Of a DNA stretch of 64,000 nucleotides, positions 21,757 through 29,239 are shown piece after piece (the first letter of the stretch is position 1; each line of letters opens with the position of its first letter). A program made the position numbers and the translations under genes. The stretch covers positions 1 to 64,000 of IMG/VR virus record IMGVR_UViG_3300013286_000013; one strand, given 5' to 3'. This DNA comes from a virus. A model generated the notes under the pieces. That model was not told the DNA's origin and searched no databases. It worked only from the letters and a program-made list of their open reading frames with translations.

Positions 21757-22557
21757 TTATAGATATCCTTGATCTGCTAACTTACCTTTGTTGAATTTAT
21801 CAACTGAATAGCCTAGTTGCTGTGCGCGGCTGTAGACTGGTATTAATTCCAACGTTAGAGAACTTAAAACAGGAACAAAATTATTACCATAGTCCTTAAT
21901 TCCTTCTCCAACTTGAATATAATCAACACCGTCTGGTAGATCTAATTTCCAAGACTGTACAGCAACGGGCACATTATGTAGCATGCTATTACCATATGCC
22001 ATGAGCCTGCAAATCGGTGGAGGAGATCCTGCTCCTACATCATCACCCCAGCGCATTTTTGTAAGAGTCCTCAACAGATGTTGAACTGCTAATATCAATG
22101 ATCCTTCGTATTCGTTTTGACAGGTAAATTTTCCTGTTATCTGTATAGCCGATGTCTGTGCATTTTTAAAAAAGTAATTGTTAAAATTTGAATGTGTCGG
22201 GGCAAGGTTGGTATAGGCCGCGGTGTTACTGTAACTTATTGTTGGGGTGAAGGGGAAAATAATACCGCCAGGATGAGATGCAGGGCCGCCAATATTTTCA
22301 AAAGGTCTAGTACTACCAAACTGTGGGCCACCGCCCAGTGTTCTGCTGGTATACATTTCAGGAACACATAATTTAACTCTAATATCTTGGGCAGGTGATC
22401 CTTTCCAGTTGATAGAAGCTGGCATAGCCGACTCAGGTACTGCCGCCGACTTTATTTTAGTAAAATTAGGTGCCGCCAAATCTCCGCCGGAGTTAAAGCC
22501 TGCATTAGAGTTTCCTTGTGCATTTCCATCTTCACTTGGTTTTCCGGTAGTTGCCAT
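21757..22557 (-). CDS. Probable tail-tube initiator / baseplate protein (gp48/gp54-like)
   Basis: First gene of the baseplate operon; SD AAAGGA upstream. GIIFPFTPTISY...IQITGKFT...PPPICRL...VPVAVQSW resembles tube-fold baseplate proteins. Confidence 0.5.
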   Translation of the reverse strand: MATTGKPSEDGNAQGNSNAGFNSGGDLAAPNFTKIKSAAVPESAMPASINWKGSPAQDIRVKLCVPEMYTSRTLGGGPQFGSTRPFENIGGPASHPGGIIFPFTPTISYSNTAAYTNLAPTHSNFNNYFFKNAQTSAIQITGKFTCQNEYEGSLILAVQHLLRTLTKMRWGDDVGAGSPPPICRLMAYGNSMLHNVPVAVQSWKLDLPDGVDYIQVGEGIKDYGNNFVPVLSSLTLELIPVYSRAQQLGYSVDKFNKGKLADQGYL

Positions 22558-22575
22558 GTTTTTTCCTTTACCAGT

Positions 22576-22581
22576 TATTTA
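22576..22581 (-). promoter_or_regulatory. Putative late promoter (TAAATA) for the baseplate operon
   Basis: Minus strand reads TAAATA-actggt-AAAGGA-aaaaac-ATG(22557). Confidence 0.65.
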
Positions 22582-22615
22582 ACCTGATAAATAATATACG
22601 TAGATAATAAAAGTC

Positions 22616-22643
22616 TTGACTTCTTACTTTTTTCTGCTATAAT
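22616..22643 (+). promoter_or_regulatory. Sigma70-type promoter for the gp55-like gene
   Basis: TTGACT (22616-21), 16-nt spacer, TATAAT (22638-43) with extended -10 TG; then GGAG SD and ATG at 22664. Confidence 0.8.
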
Positions 22644-22663
22644 AGTACTGGGAGATCCTATAC

Positions 22664-23587
22664 ATGACATCAATAATAACAACAAGAAAAGTCAAGTATC
22701 TAAACAATAGAGATTTATTGGCAGAGATACACAAAAGCAAAGTAAGTTTTTGCAGTTTTACAAAAGCAGAATATCATCAATACGATATCATACTTACAAA
22801 CTTAGACAAAATCAACATTCGCACTGTAGCAGATGCCAAACGTGCAAGAGCCAAGCGGCTTGGCATAGAAGCTTTTAACGCATTACGCATTGCGGGCGAC
22901 AAGAAAACAAAGCTCGCAGAAGTAACACCAGATTACAAAACGATTGCCAAAGAAGATGTTGTGATCCGTATTATGACATTTGAGCATATTCCCCTAGCAC
23001 CGGGTCGTAAAAAGACCACAAAGACCACAGCAGATAGTCACGACAAGGTTAACTTTCCTCCGTTCCAACATTGGAAATATGATGATCAAGGTAACTTAGA
23101 GTGTGTAGGCAAAAGTCACTGGAAGGGCGGGGTTAAGACTGGCAAGTTCAGCAAAGACCACGGGCGCATTACTGAAAATCTAGGTAAAATGTATATCAAA
23201 CTAAGCGAACGATATGCACAGCGAAGCAACTGGCGCGGATATACTTACATCGATGAGATGAAGGGACAGGCTATTCTACAGCTGAGTCAAATCGGACTTC
23301 AGTTCGATGAATCAAAATCAGAAAATCCATTCGCCTATTATACTGCCGCAGTAACAAACAGTTTTACTCGCATCCTAAACATCGAAAAGAAAAATCAAAA
23401 CATTCGAGATGACATGTTAGAAGAAAACGGACTAACTCCTTCTATGACAAGGCAGTACAGTCAAGAGTTTGCAGAAGAGATCGCTCGTCAAGCAGAACTG
23501 TACAAAAACATGCGCATGCCAAAGAGCGAAGAAGATCCTGTCGAGGAAGAGGAAGCAGAAACTACAAGTGGCAAAGAAATCACTTGA
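22664..23587 (+). CDS. Late-transcription sigma factor, T4 gp55-like
   Basis: YLNNRDLLAEI...LGKMYIKLSERYAQRSNWRGYTYIDEM...FDESKSENPFAYYT...NSFTRILNIEKK are gp55-family motifs. Acidic C-terminus; upstream of gp47/gp46 as in T4-like phages. Confidence 0.85.
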   Translation: MTSIITTRKVKYLNNRDLLAEIHKSKVSFCSFTKAEYHQYDIILTNLDKINIRTVADAKRARAKRLGIEAFNALRIAGDKKTKLAEVTPDYKTIAKEDVVIRIMTFEHIPLAPGRKKTTKTTADSHDKVNFPPFQHWKYDDQGNLECVGKSHWKGGVKTGKFSKDHGRITENLGKMYIKLSERYAQRSNWRGYTYIDEMKGQAILQLSQIGLQFDESKSENPFAYYTAAVTNSFTRILNIEKKNQNIRDDMLEENGLTPSMTRQYSQEFAEEIARQAELYKNMRMPKSEEDPVEEEEAETTSGKEIT

Positions 23588-23612
23588 TTTACCACTGCTT
23601 TTTTGTTAAAAT
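23584..23612 (+). promoter_or_regulatory. Sigma70-type promoter for gp47/gp46
   Basis: TTGATT (23584-89), 17-nt spacer, TAAAAT (23607-12) with extended -10 TG; AGGAG SD before ATG 23630. Confidence 0.65.
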
Positions 23613-23629
23613 AAAAGATAGGAGATCGT

Positions 23630-24643
23630 ATGGGACTTTTTAAGAAGGTAGCATGTTTCACCGACATCCATTTTGGGTTGAAGTCAAACTCTGCTACACA
23701 TAATCAAGATTGTGAAGAATTTGTAGATTGGTTTATTGCCAAAGCCAAAGAAGAAGGTGCAGAGTCCTGCATCTTTCTCGGAGACTGGCATCACAACAGA
23801 AACAGCATCAATCTAATTACGCTAGATACTTCAATCCGTTGCTTGGAAAAGCTAGGTGCGGCATTTGAACAGTTCTTTTGGTTTCCAGGAAACCACGACC
23901 TCTTTTATAAAGACAAGCGTGAGATACACTCCAGTGCATTTGGTCGTCATATCCCGGGTGTTACAGTGGTAGACAGTATATGGACAAAAGACGAGGTTAC
24001 TCTTGTTCCGTGGCTGATAGGCGACGAGTGGAAGACCATGCGAGAGCTAAAAAGCAAATATGTCTTTGGTCACTTTGAGCTTCCTTTGTTCTATATGAAC
24101 GCAATGGTACAGATGCCCGACCACGGTGAACTACGTAGAGAAGACTTTGCTGGTCCGGACTATGTATTCAGCGGGCACTTCCACAAGCGACAAGCCAACA
24201 ACAATATCGTCTATATCGGTAATGCATTTCCCCACAACTATTCAGATGCATGGGATGATGACCGTGGCATGATGGTGTTAGAATGGGGTGGCAAGCCTGA
24301 ATATCACATCTGGGAAGATGCTCCTAAGTTTAGAACTATTAAATTATCAGATCTAATTGACCGTAAAGACGATGTTCTCAAGAGTAAGATGTATCTTAGA
24401 GTAAATCTTGACCTTCCGATTACATTTGAAGAAGCTAATTTTATTAAAGAAGACTTTAGTAGCAATTACAACATACGAGAAATGAGTCTTATACAAGAAA
24501 AGACCACCCTCGAAGGTGTGATCGACGATTCAGCTGATGCAAAATTTGAATCAGTAGACCAAATTGTTACTGAGCAGTTGATTAATATCGAGTCTGATCA
24601 GTTTGAACAAAAACTATTGTTGGACATTTACCATAATCTATGA
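23630..24643 (+). CDS. Recombination endonuclease subunit, gp47/Mre11/SbcD-like metallophosphoesterase
   Basis: FTDIHFG, FLGDWHH, PGNHD, GHFE and SGHFH metallophosphoesterase motifs. Confidence 0.93.
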   Translation: MGLFKKVACFTDIHFGLKSNSATHNQDCEEFVDWFIAKAKEEGAESCIFLGDWHHNRNSINLITLDTSIRCLEKLGAAFEQFFWFPGNHDLFYKDKREIHSSAFGRHIPGVTVVDSIWTKDEVTLVPWLIGDEWKTMRELKSKYVFGHFELPLFYMNAMVQMPDHGELRREDFAGPDYVFSGHFHKRQANNNIVYIGNAFPHNYSDAWDDDRGMMVLEWGGKPEYHIWEDAPKFRTIKLSDLIDRKDDVLKSKMYLRVNLDLPITFEEANFIKEDFSSNYNIREMSLIQEKTTLEGVIDDSADAKFESVDQIVTEQLINIESDQFEQKLLLDIYHNL

Positions 24644-26427
24644 CATTTAAAATAAAAAACATCACAGTTAGAAACTTTCTTAGCGTAGGTAATCAAACTC
24701 AAGCAGTTGATTTTGATAAAGAACACTTGACTCTAGTGCTGGGTGAAAACTTAGACCTAGGGGGAGATGATAGCGGAAGCCGTAACGGTACAGGTAAGAC
24801 CACCATTGTCAACGCACTATGCTATGCGCTCTACGGAAACGCACTAACTAACATTCGCAAAGAGAACTTGATCAATAAAACCAACGGCAAAGGCATGTTG
24901 GTCACTGTTGAGTTTGATGTAAATGGCATTTCTTATCGTATTGAGCGCGGTCGTAAGCCTAACATTTTAAAGTTTTACGTCAACGATCAGGAACAGAAAT
25001 CAGTAGATGTTGAAGATGATGCTCAGGGCGATAGCCGTGAAACGCAGAAACATATAGAACAATTACTGGGTATGAGCCCGTTGATGTTCAAGCATTTGGT
25101 AGCGTTGAACACTTATACTGAACCTTTTTTGAGTCTTAAAGCGGCAGAACAACGTGAGATCATTGAGCAATTATTAGGCATAACTCTGCTTTCAGAGAAG
25201 GCAGAAAGCCTTAAAGCTCAAATGAAAGACACCAAAGACGCTATTATTTCAGAGTCTGCAAAGATTGAAGCTACTAAAACTGCTAACGAAAACGTTCAAA
25301 AGAGCATCGATAGCCTAGGAATTAAGAGTTCAGCATGGGAATCTAAGAAAGATAACGACCTAGAAGGGCTAGGCAAAGCTATTGTGCAATTAAGTTCTGT
25401 AGATATTGAGTTAGAAATTGGTCTGCATGAGAAACTTAAAATGTGGACTGAGAACAACAACAAGATTAAAGATCTTAACAAACAACGTGCTACTTTAGAA
25501 TCTGCGATCGGGCAAGCTGAAAAAAGCGTAAAGAAGTATAGTGGCGAGCTAGAAAAACTTGCAAATAAAACATGTCATGCCTGTGAACAAGAACTCCACG
25601 ATCACAAGCACAGTGAAATGACTGCTGAGGCTACTACACACTTGGCTGAAGCCAACACATATTTTGATAAAGTCACTAAAGATTTTAACAAGATACAAAA
25701 AGAAATCAAGGCGATTGGTGAGCTAGATAAAAAGCCAACGACCTTTTACGAAACACTACAGGAAGCACTTGGACATAAGAATAATCTTGCTAATCTTGAG
25801 AAGGCACTTGAAACAAAGGTAATTGAGCCAAATCCCTATGTAGAACAGATTGAAGAATTAAAACATACTGCACTACAGGATATCGATTGGAACTCTATTA
25901 ATTCTCTAACAAAATTTAAAGAGCATCAAGAATTCCTGTACAAACTGTTGACAAACAAAGATTCATTTATCCGCAAGAAGATCATTGATCAAAACTTGAC
26001 GTTCTTGAACAAGCGTCTAGGATACTATATTGATAAAATTGGTTTGCCACATGCTGTTGTATTCCAAAATGACCTTACTGTGGAAATTACCCAGCTAGGA
26101 CAGGACTTGGACTTTGACAACTTGAGTCGTGGTGAGCGTAATAGACTGATCTTAGGATTGAGTTGGGCGTTCCGTGATGTTTGGGAAAACCTGTACCAGC
26201 ACGTAAACTTGTTGTTTATAGACGAACTTATCGATGCAGGCATGGACGCGGCAGGCGTCGAAGCGGGACTTGCAGTTCTTAAGAAGATGGCCCGTGAGCG
26301 CAATAAGAATATCTACTTGATCAGTCATAAAGATGAGCTAATCGGACGTGTTAACAACGTGCTTCACGTGATTAAAGAGAACGGATTTACCAGTTACTCA
26401 AACGATGTCGACTACGTAGAGGCATGA
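24640..26427 (+). CDS. Recombination ATPase subunit, gp46/Rad50/SbcC-like
   Basis: Walker A (NGTGKTT), coiled coil with CHAC zinc hook, signature LSRGE, Walker B LLFIDE and H-loop ISH. Confidence 0.95.
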   Translation: MTFKIKNITVRNFLSVGNQTQAVDFDKEHLTLVLGENLDLGGDDSGSRNGTGKTTIVNALCYALYGNALTNIRKENLINKTNGKGMLVTVEFDVNGISYRIERGRKPNILKFYVNDQEQKSVDVEDDAQGDSRETQKHIEQLLGMSPLMFKHLVALNTYTEPFLSLKAAEQREIIEQLLGITLLSEKAESLKAQMKDTKDAIISESAKIEATKTANENVQKSIDSLGIKSSAWESKKDNDLEGLGKAIVQLSSVDIELEIGLHEKLKMWTENNNKIKDLNKQRATLESAIGQAEKSVKKYSGELEKLANKTCHACEQELHDHKHSEMTAEATTHLAEANTYFDKVTKDFNKIQKEIKAIGELDKKPTTFYETLQEALGHKNNLANLEKALETKVIEPNPYVEQIEELKHTALQDIDWNSINSLTKFKEHQEFLYKLLTNKDSFIRKKIIDQNLTFLNKRLGYYIDKIGLPHAVVFQNDLTVEITQLGQDLDFDNLSRGERNRLILGLSWAFRDVWENLYQHVNLLFIDELIDAGMDAAGVEAGLAVLKKMARERNKNIYLISHKDELIGRVNNVLHVIKENGFTSYSNDVDYVEA

Positions 26428-26663
26428 AGCTAAATCAGTACATAGAACTGCATGAAAGATATATTTCGTTGTTGGTAGACTATCACAACGCATATACATC
26501 ATGGGTTAAAAGTCAGTCGCTAGAAAAGACTACAGCATTGCGAAAGATTCTCAAAGAGATGCGTAAGGTACAACACGAAATGTGGGCTACCGCAAACGAC
26601 GCTATGAAAGAATCCAAGCAACGCAAGCGACAAAAATGGAACAGAGAACATAAGGAACAATAA
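26424..26663 (+). CDS. Hypothetical small helical, basic protein
   Basis: 79-aa ORF overlapping the gp46 stop (ATGA) and the next start (TAATG), suggesting translational coupling. Confidence 0.7.
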   Translation: MKLNQYIELHERYISLLVDYHNAYTSWVKSQSLEKTTALRKILKEMRKVQHEMWATANDAMKESKQRKRQKWNREHKEQ

Positions 26664-26857
26664 TGTCAGATACAATCCAAGCAATTAAAGATGCTGTAAC
26701 AGCATGGGAAGCAGAAGATACAAAATTTGAAAAAGGTAACAGCGCCGCTGGTACCCGAGCTCGTAAGGCACTAGGCGAACTTAGCAAATTAGTCAAAGCT
26801 CGCCGCAACGAAATCACAACAGAAAAGAATGCCCGCAAAGAAGCCAAGGTAGCCTAA
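26663..26857 (+). CDS. Histone H1-like (Hc1-family-like) small basic protein
   Basis: KFEKGNSAAGTRARKALGELSKLVKARRNEI resembles the Hc1 core (GNKAAA.R.R); SD TAAGGA upstream. Confidence 0.7.
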   Translation: MSDTIQAIKDAVTAWEAEDTKFEKGNSAAGTRARKALGELSKLVKARRNEITTEKNARKEAKVA

Positions 26858-27406
26858 ATGCGATTCAATTATTTTTTTGTTAAAGGATTTTACTCTCCGG
26901 ATGAGGTCACTAGACTAAAAAATATCTTAATTAAGAATCAAGATAAAACCCAACCAGACGTGCCTGCTAAGAATGTTGTAAAAACAGCCGAAGTAGGTAT
27001 TGTTCCGATCCTTGCCTTGCAGGAACACATTGGTGGCATTTTGAATCTAATTAAAAAAATCAATAAAGAAAACTTTGGTTTTGATCTCTATGATTTCACT
27101 GAGTATGATACTGTAAATTATAATCAGTACAATTCAGATACCAACGGTGAGTACGGGTGGCATACAGATTTTCCTTTGAGTTTCTTTCATCAGATCAAAC
27201 TTACTGTGTTGGTTAACCTAAGTACAGAAAGTTATGAGGGCGGAGACTTTGAGATTTTTTTAAACGGTCCTATTCCTATTCCTGATTTTAAGGAACCAGG
27301 CGGAGTGTTAATTTTTCCATCGTACATATCGCACAGAGTTACACCAGTAACAAAAGGATCTAGATCATCTATGAGCTTGTTTGTTACAGGTCCACGTCTA
27401 AGGTAA
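26858..27406 (+). CDS. 2OG-Fe(II) oxygenase (PKHD/prolyl-hydroxylase-like)
   Basis: YGWHTD (HxD), KLTVLVNLS, YEGGDF, LIFPSYISHRVTPVTKGSRSS (distal His and Arg). Confidence 0.9.
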   Translation: MRFNYFFVKGFYSPDEVTRLKNILIKNQDKTQPDVPAKNVVKTAEVGIVPILALQEHIGGILNLIKKINKENFGFDLYDFTEYDTVNYNQYNSDTNGEYGWHTDFPLSFFHQIKLTVLVNLSTESYEGGDFEIFLNGPIPIPDFKEPGGVLIFPSYISHRVTPVTKGSRSSMSLFVTGPRLR

Positions 27407-27407
27407 T

Positions 27408-27836
27408 ATGGATTGGATTCATAATGGTATGGTAGTTGCAGAACTACCAGAGGATTGTGTCGGTTTTGTTTATCTCATTACCAACAATCTTACAGGCAGA
27501 AAATATATAGGCAAAAAATTAGCAAAGTTTGCAAAGACGACCTACAAGACTGTAAAGTTAAAGAACGGCACAAAGAAGAAAAGGAAAATCCGTAGTAAGA
27601 TTGCCAGCGACTGGCAAGAGTATTACGGATCCAATTTAGAATTAAACACAGACGTACTAAAGTTAGGCAAAGAACAATTCACCCGAGAGATCCTGCACTA
27701 TTGCAAAAGCAAAGCAGTATGCTCTTACATCGAGGCCCTTGAACAATTCAACCGCAAAGTATTAGAATCACAAGATTACTATAACGGACAGATCTCAGTC
27801 CGTGTCCATGGCTCTCACATAATCAACAAAATCTAG
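27408..27836 (+). CDS. Short GIY-YIG (Seg-like) endonuclease, catalytic domain only
   Basis: GFVYLITNNLTGRKYIGKK (GIY-YIG motif), YYGS, FTREIL, conserved Glu (YIEA) and YYN; 142 aa with a Lys/Arg-rich insert. Confidence 0.85.
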   Translation: MDWIHNGMVVAELPEDCVGFVYLITNNLTGRKYIGKKLAKFAKTTYKTVKLKNGTKKKRKIRSKIASDWQEYYGSNLELNTDVLKLGKEQFTREILHYCKSKAVCSYIEALEQFNRKVLESQDYYNGQISVRVHGSHIINKI

Positions 27837-28281
27837 GCTCAGTCTTACAGGATATGCTCGCACCGGCTTAAATCGGGTGCCTAGCGACAACCGGATAATA
27901 ACGGGGACGGAAGCCTCTGCGCTGTACAGAGCACTTATCAACCATCCTTGACAGGACGACGATCGCTATGCCGCGATTTTGATATTTGAATAGAGTGAAT
28001 AAGAGCTAAAAGAGGGGAGAAAAACCCCGGACTTAACGTATATGTTAGCGTATGTATGTTAGGTTACCGTCATAAAAAGACGTAGCTAGGGGTACAGGAT
28101 GACCGCCTCAGTAATGCTACAACGCTAAGTGACTTGCGTACTCAGATAATGCCAAGTGAACTTTACCCGGTTACCTGGGTTAAGTGTGACCATTATATCT
28201 AGATAATACTTAAACATCTAAAGATGTTCTAGAAAATGCTCTGAGCGCAAGCGAAAGAGCAAGTGAACGCAGTTCACTTTT
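27837..28281 (+). ncRNA. Candidate large structured non-coding RNA (family not recognised)
   Basis: About 445 nt with no listed ORF in a gene-dense genome. More than 10 stem-loops read by eye, including a 14-15 bp stem at 28031-28064 with 4-5 G.U pairs that work only on the + strand. Ends in a hairpin plus T run. Confidence 0.6.
28261..28281 (+). terminator. Probable intrinsic terminator at the 3' end of the structured element
   Basis: AAGTGAAC-GCA-GTTCACTT followed by TT. Confidence 0.5.
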
Positions 28282-28292
28282 AGCATTAAACA

Positions 28293-28298
28293 TAAATA
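28293..28298 (+). promoter_or_regulatory. Putative late promoter (TAAATA)
   Basis: TAAATA, then GGAG SD at 28307-10 and ATG at 28320. Confidence 0.6.
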
Positions 28299-28319
28299 TT
28301 CTTGCTGGAGAATGCAAAA

Positions 28320-29012
28320 ATGAAAATAAGTGAATTAGTAATGGAAAGCCATAAACTTGATGAAGCTCCTATGGGCATGCTCAGTAAGTTTGGCAATAAA
28401 GTGATGAGTAAATTTGGTAGCGATACTTCTACTGGAAAGCTAAAGTCAGGTGATGTAGCTAATAAGTTATATTCAGCGTTCAATCAATATCTAGGTCAAT
28501 CAGGACAACAGCCAACATGGCCTGTTGTTTCAAAATGGTTACAGTCAAACAAGTATCCTATCAAGATGGCACAGAAAGTAGTTCAAGGTGCCAAAGCAGA
28601 TGCCGCCATTCCACAAGGGCCTAGCATGTTGGACAGAGCTAAATCTGGTGCTCGACAAGTTGGTAATAAGATTAAACAGGGTGCAGAGAAAGTAGCTAAC
28701 TATGCTATGGACAAAGCTGGTGCTCCTGGAGAGTTTGCTGAAGGTAAAATTAGTGAAGCTACTGGTGCTCCACTAGATAAGAAAACACTAGAGAAAGTGT
28801 TCATGGCGGCCGCTCAAGAAGCCGCAGTAGTTGTTCAACAACGTAAGCAAGGTGGTGGACAGCCTAATCAAAAAAATAACGGACAGCAACAGCTATCTGT
28901 TCAACAAGGTGGTAAGAGTCAAGGTGGAGATGCTAAGTTGGCGCAACGTGTTAGCAACCTTGAAGCTGAAGTTGCCGCACTAAAAGGATCTGGGGAACAA
29001 AACGCCGCTTAA
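28320..29012 (+). CDS. Hypothetical late protein, possible internal head protein
   Basis: Start moved to ATG 28320 because of the SD. N-terminus MKISELVMESHKLDEAP with further hydrophobic-x-E sites resembles gp21-processed internal proteins (inference). Confidence 0.7.
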   Translation: MKISELVMESHKLDEAPMGMLSKFGNKVMSKFGSDTSTGKLKSGDVANKLYSAFNQYLGQSGQQPTWPVVSKWLQSNKYPIKMAQKVVQGAKADAAIPQGPSMLDRAKSGARQVGNKIKQGAEKVANYAMDKAGAPGEFAEGKISEATGAPLDKKTLEKVFMAAAQEAAVVVQQRKQGGGQPNQKNNGQQQLSVQQGGKSQGGDAKLAQRVSNLEAEVAALKGSGEQNAA

Positions 29013-29239
29013 AAGAACGGCAAGCCGCTTTCTTTTGTAGTTTCTAGATTGCTTCTGATTATCTTAGACACTATCTCTCGATCTCCGCTATCCATCATAT
29101 AGAGCTGGTCTATTGTTATCCCTCCTCGCATGTACCAACACATTTGATATAGATTATGTTTAATGGCTTCTATCTCTCGATCCATCTCTTGCACTAGGGC
29201 TAAGATCTTATCGTAGGGTAGAGCTAGAAGCCTTATACG
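29009..29239 (-). CDS. -1 frame extension of the tail chaperone (GT-like / gp51-like portion)
   Basis: The frame is open from the slippery site: RIRLLALPYDKILALVQEMDREIEAIKHNLYQMCWYMRGG...SGLPFF. No SD before the GTG used by the ORF track. Confidence 0.7.
   Translation of the reverse strand, partial: RIRLLALPYDKILALVQEMDREIEAIKHNLYQMCWYMRGGITIDQLYMMDSGDREIVSKIIRSNLETTKESGLPFF
29011..29036. terminator. Possible bidirectional terminator at the convergent gene junction
   Basis: AAAAGAA-CGG-CAAG-CCG-(CT)-TTCTTTT immediately after the overlapping TTAA stops of the convergent genes. Confidence 0.45.

Noticed and set aside
27408-27836. Mobile homing endonuclease or intron-encoded element
   Set aside because: No NUMOD/HTH DNA-binding tail, no interrupted host gene and no flanking repeats. 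It looks like a resident operon gene, so it was not called a mobile element.
27837-28281. Group I intron, RNase P RNA, tmRNA, tRNA or CRISPR array as the identity of the structured element
   Set aside because: I found no P7/R-S intron motifs or interrupted gene, no GAGGAAAGTCC, no tRNA-like ends or T-loop, and no repeat-spacer periodicity. This was by eye; cmscan is needed to exclude these fully.
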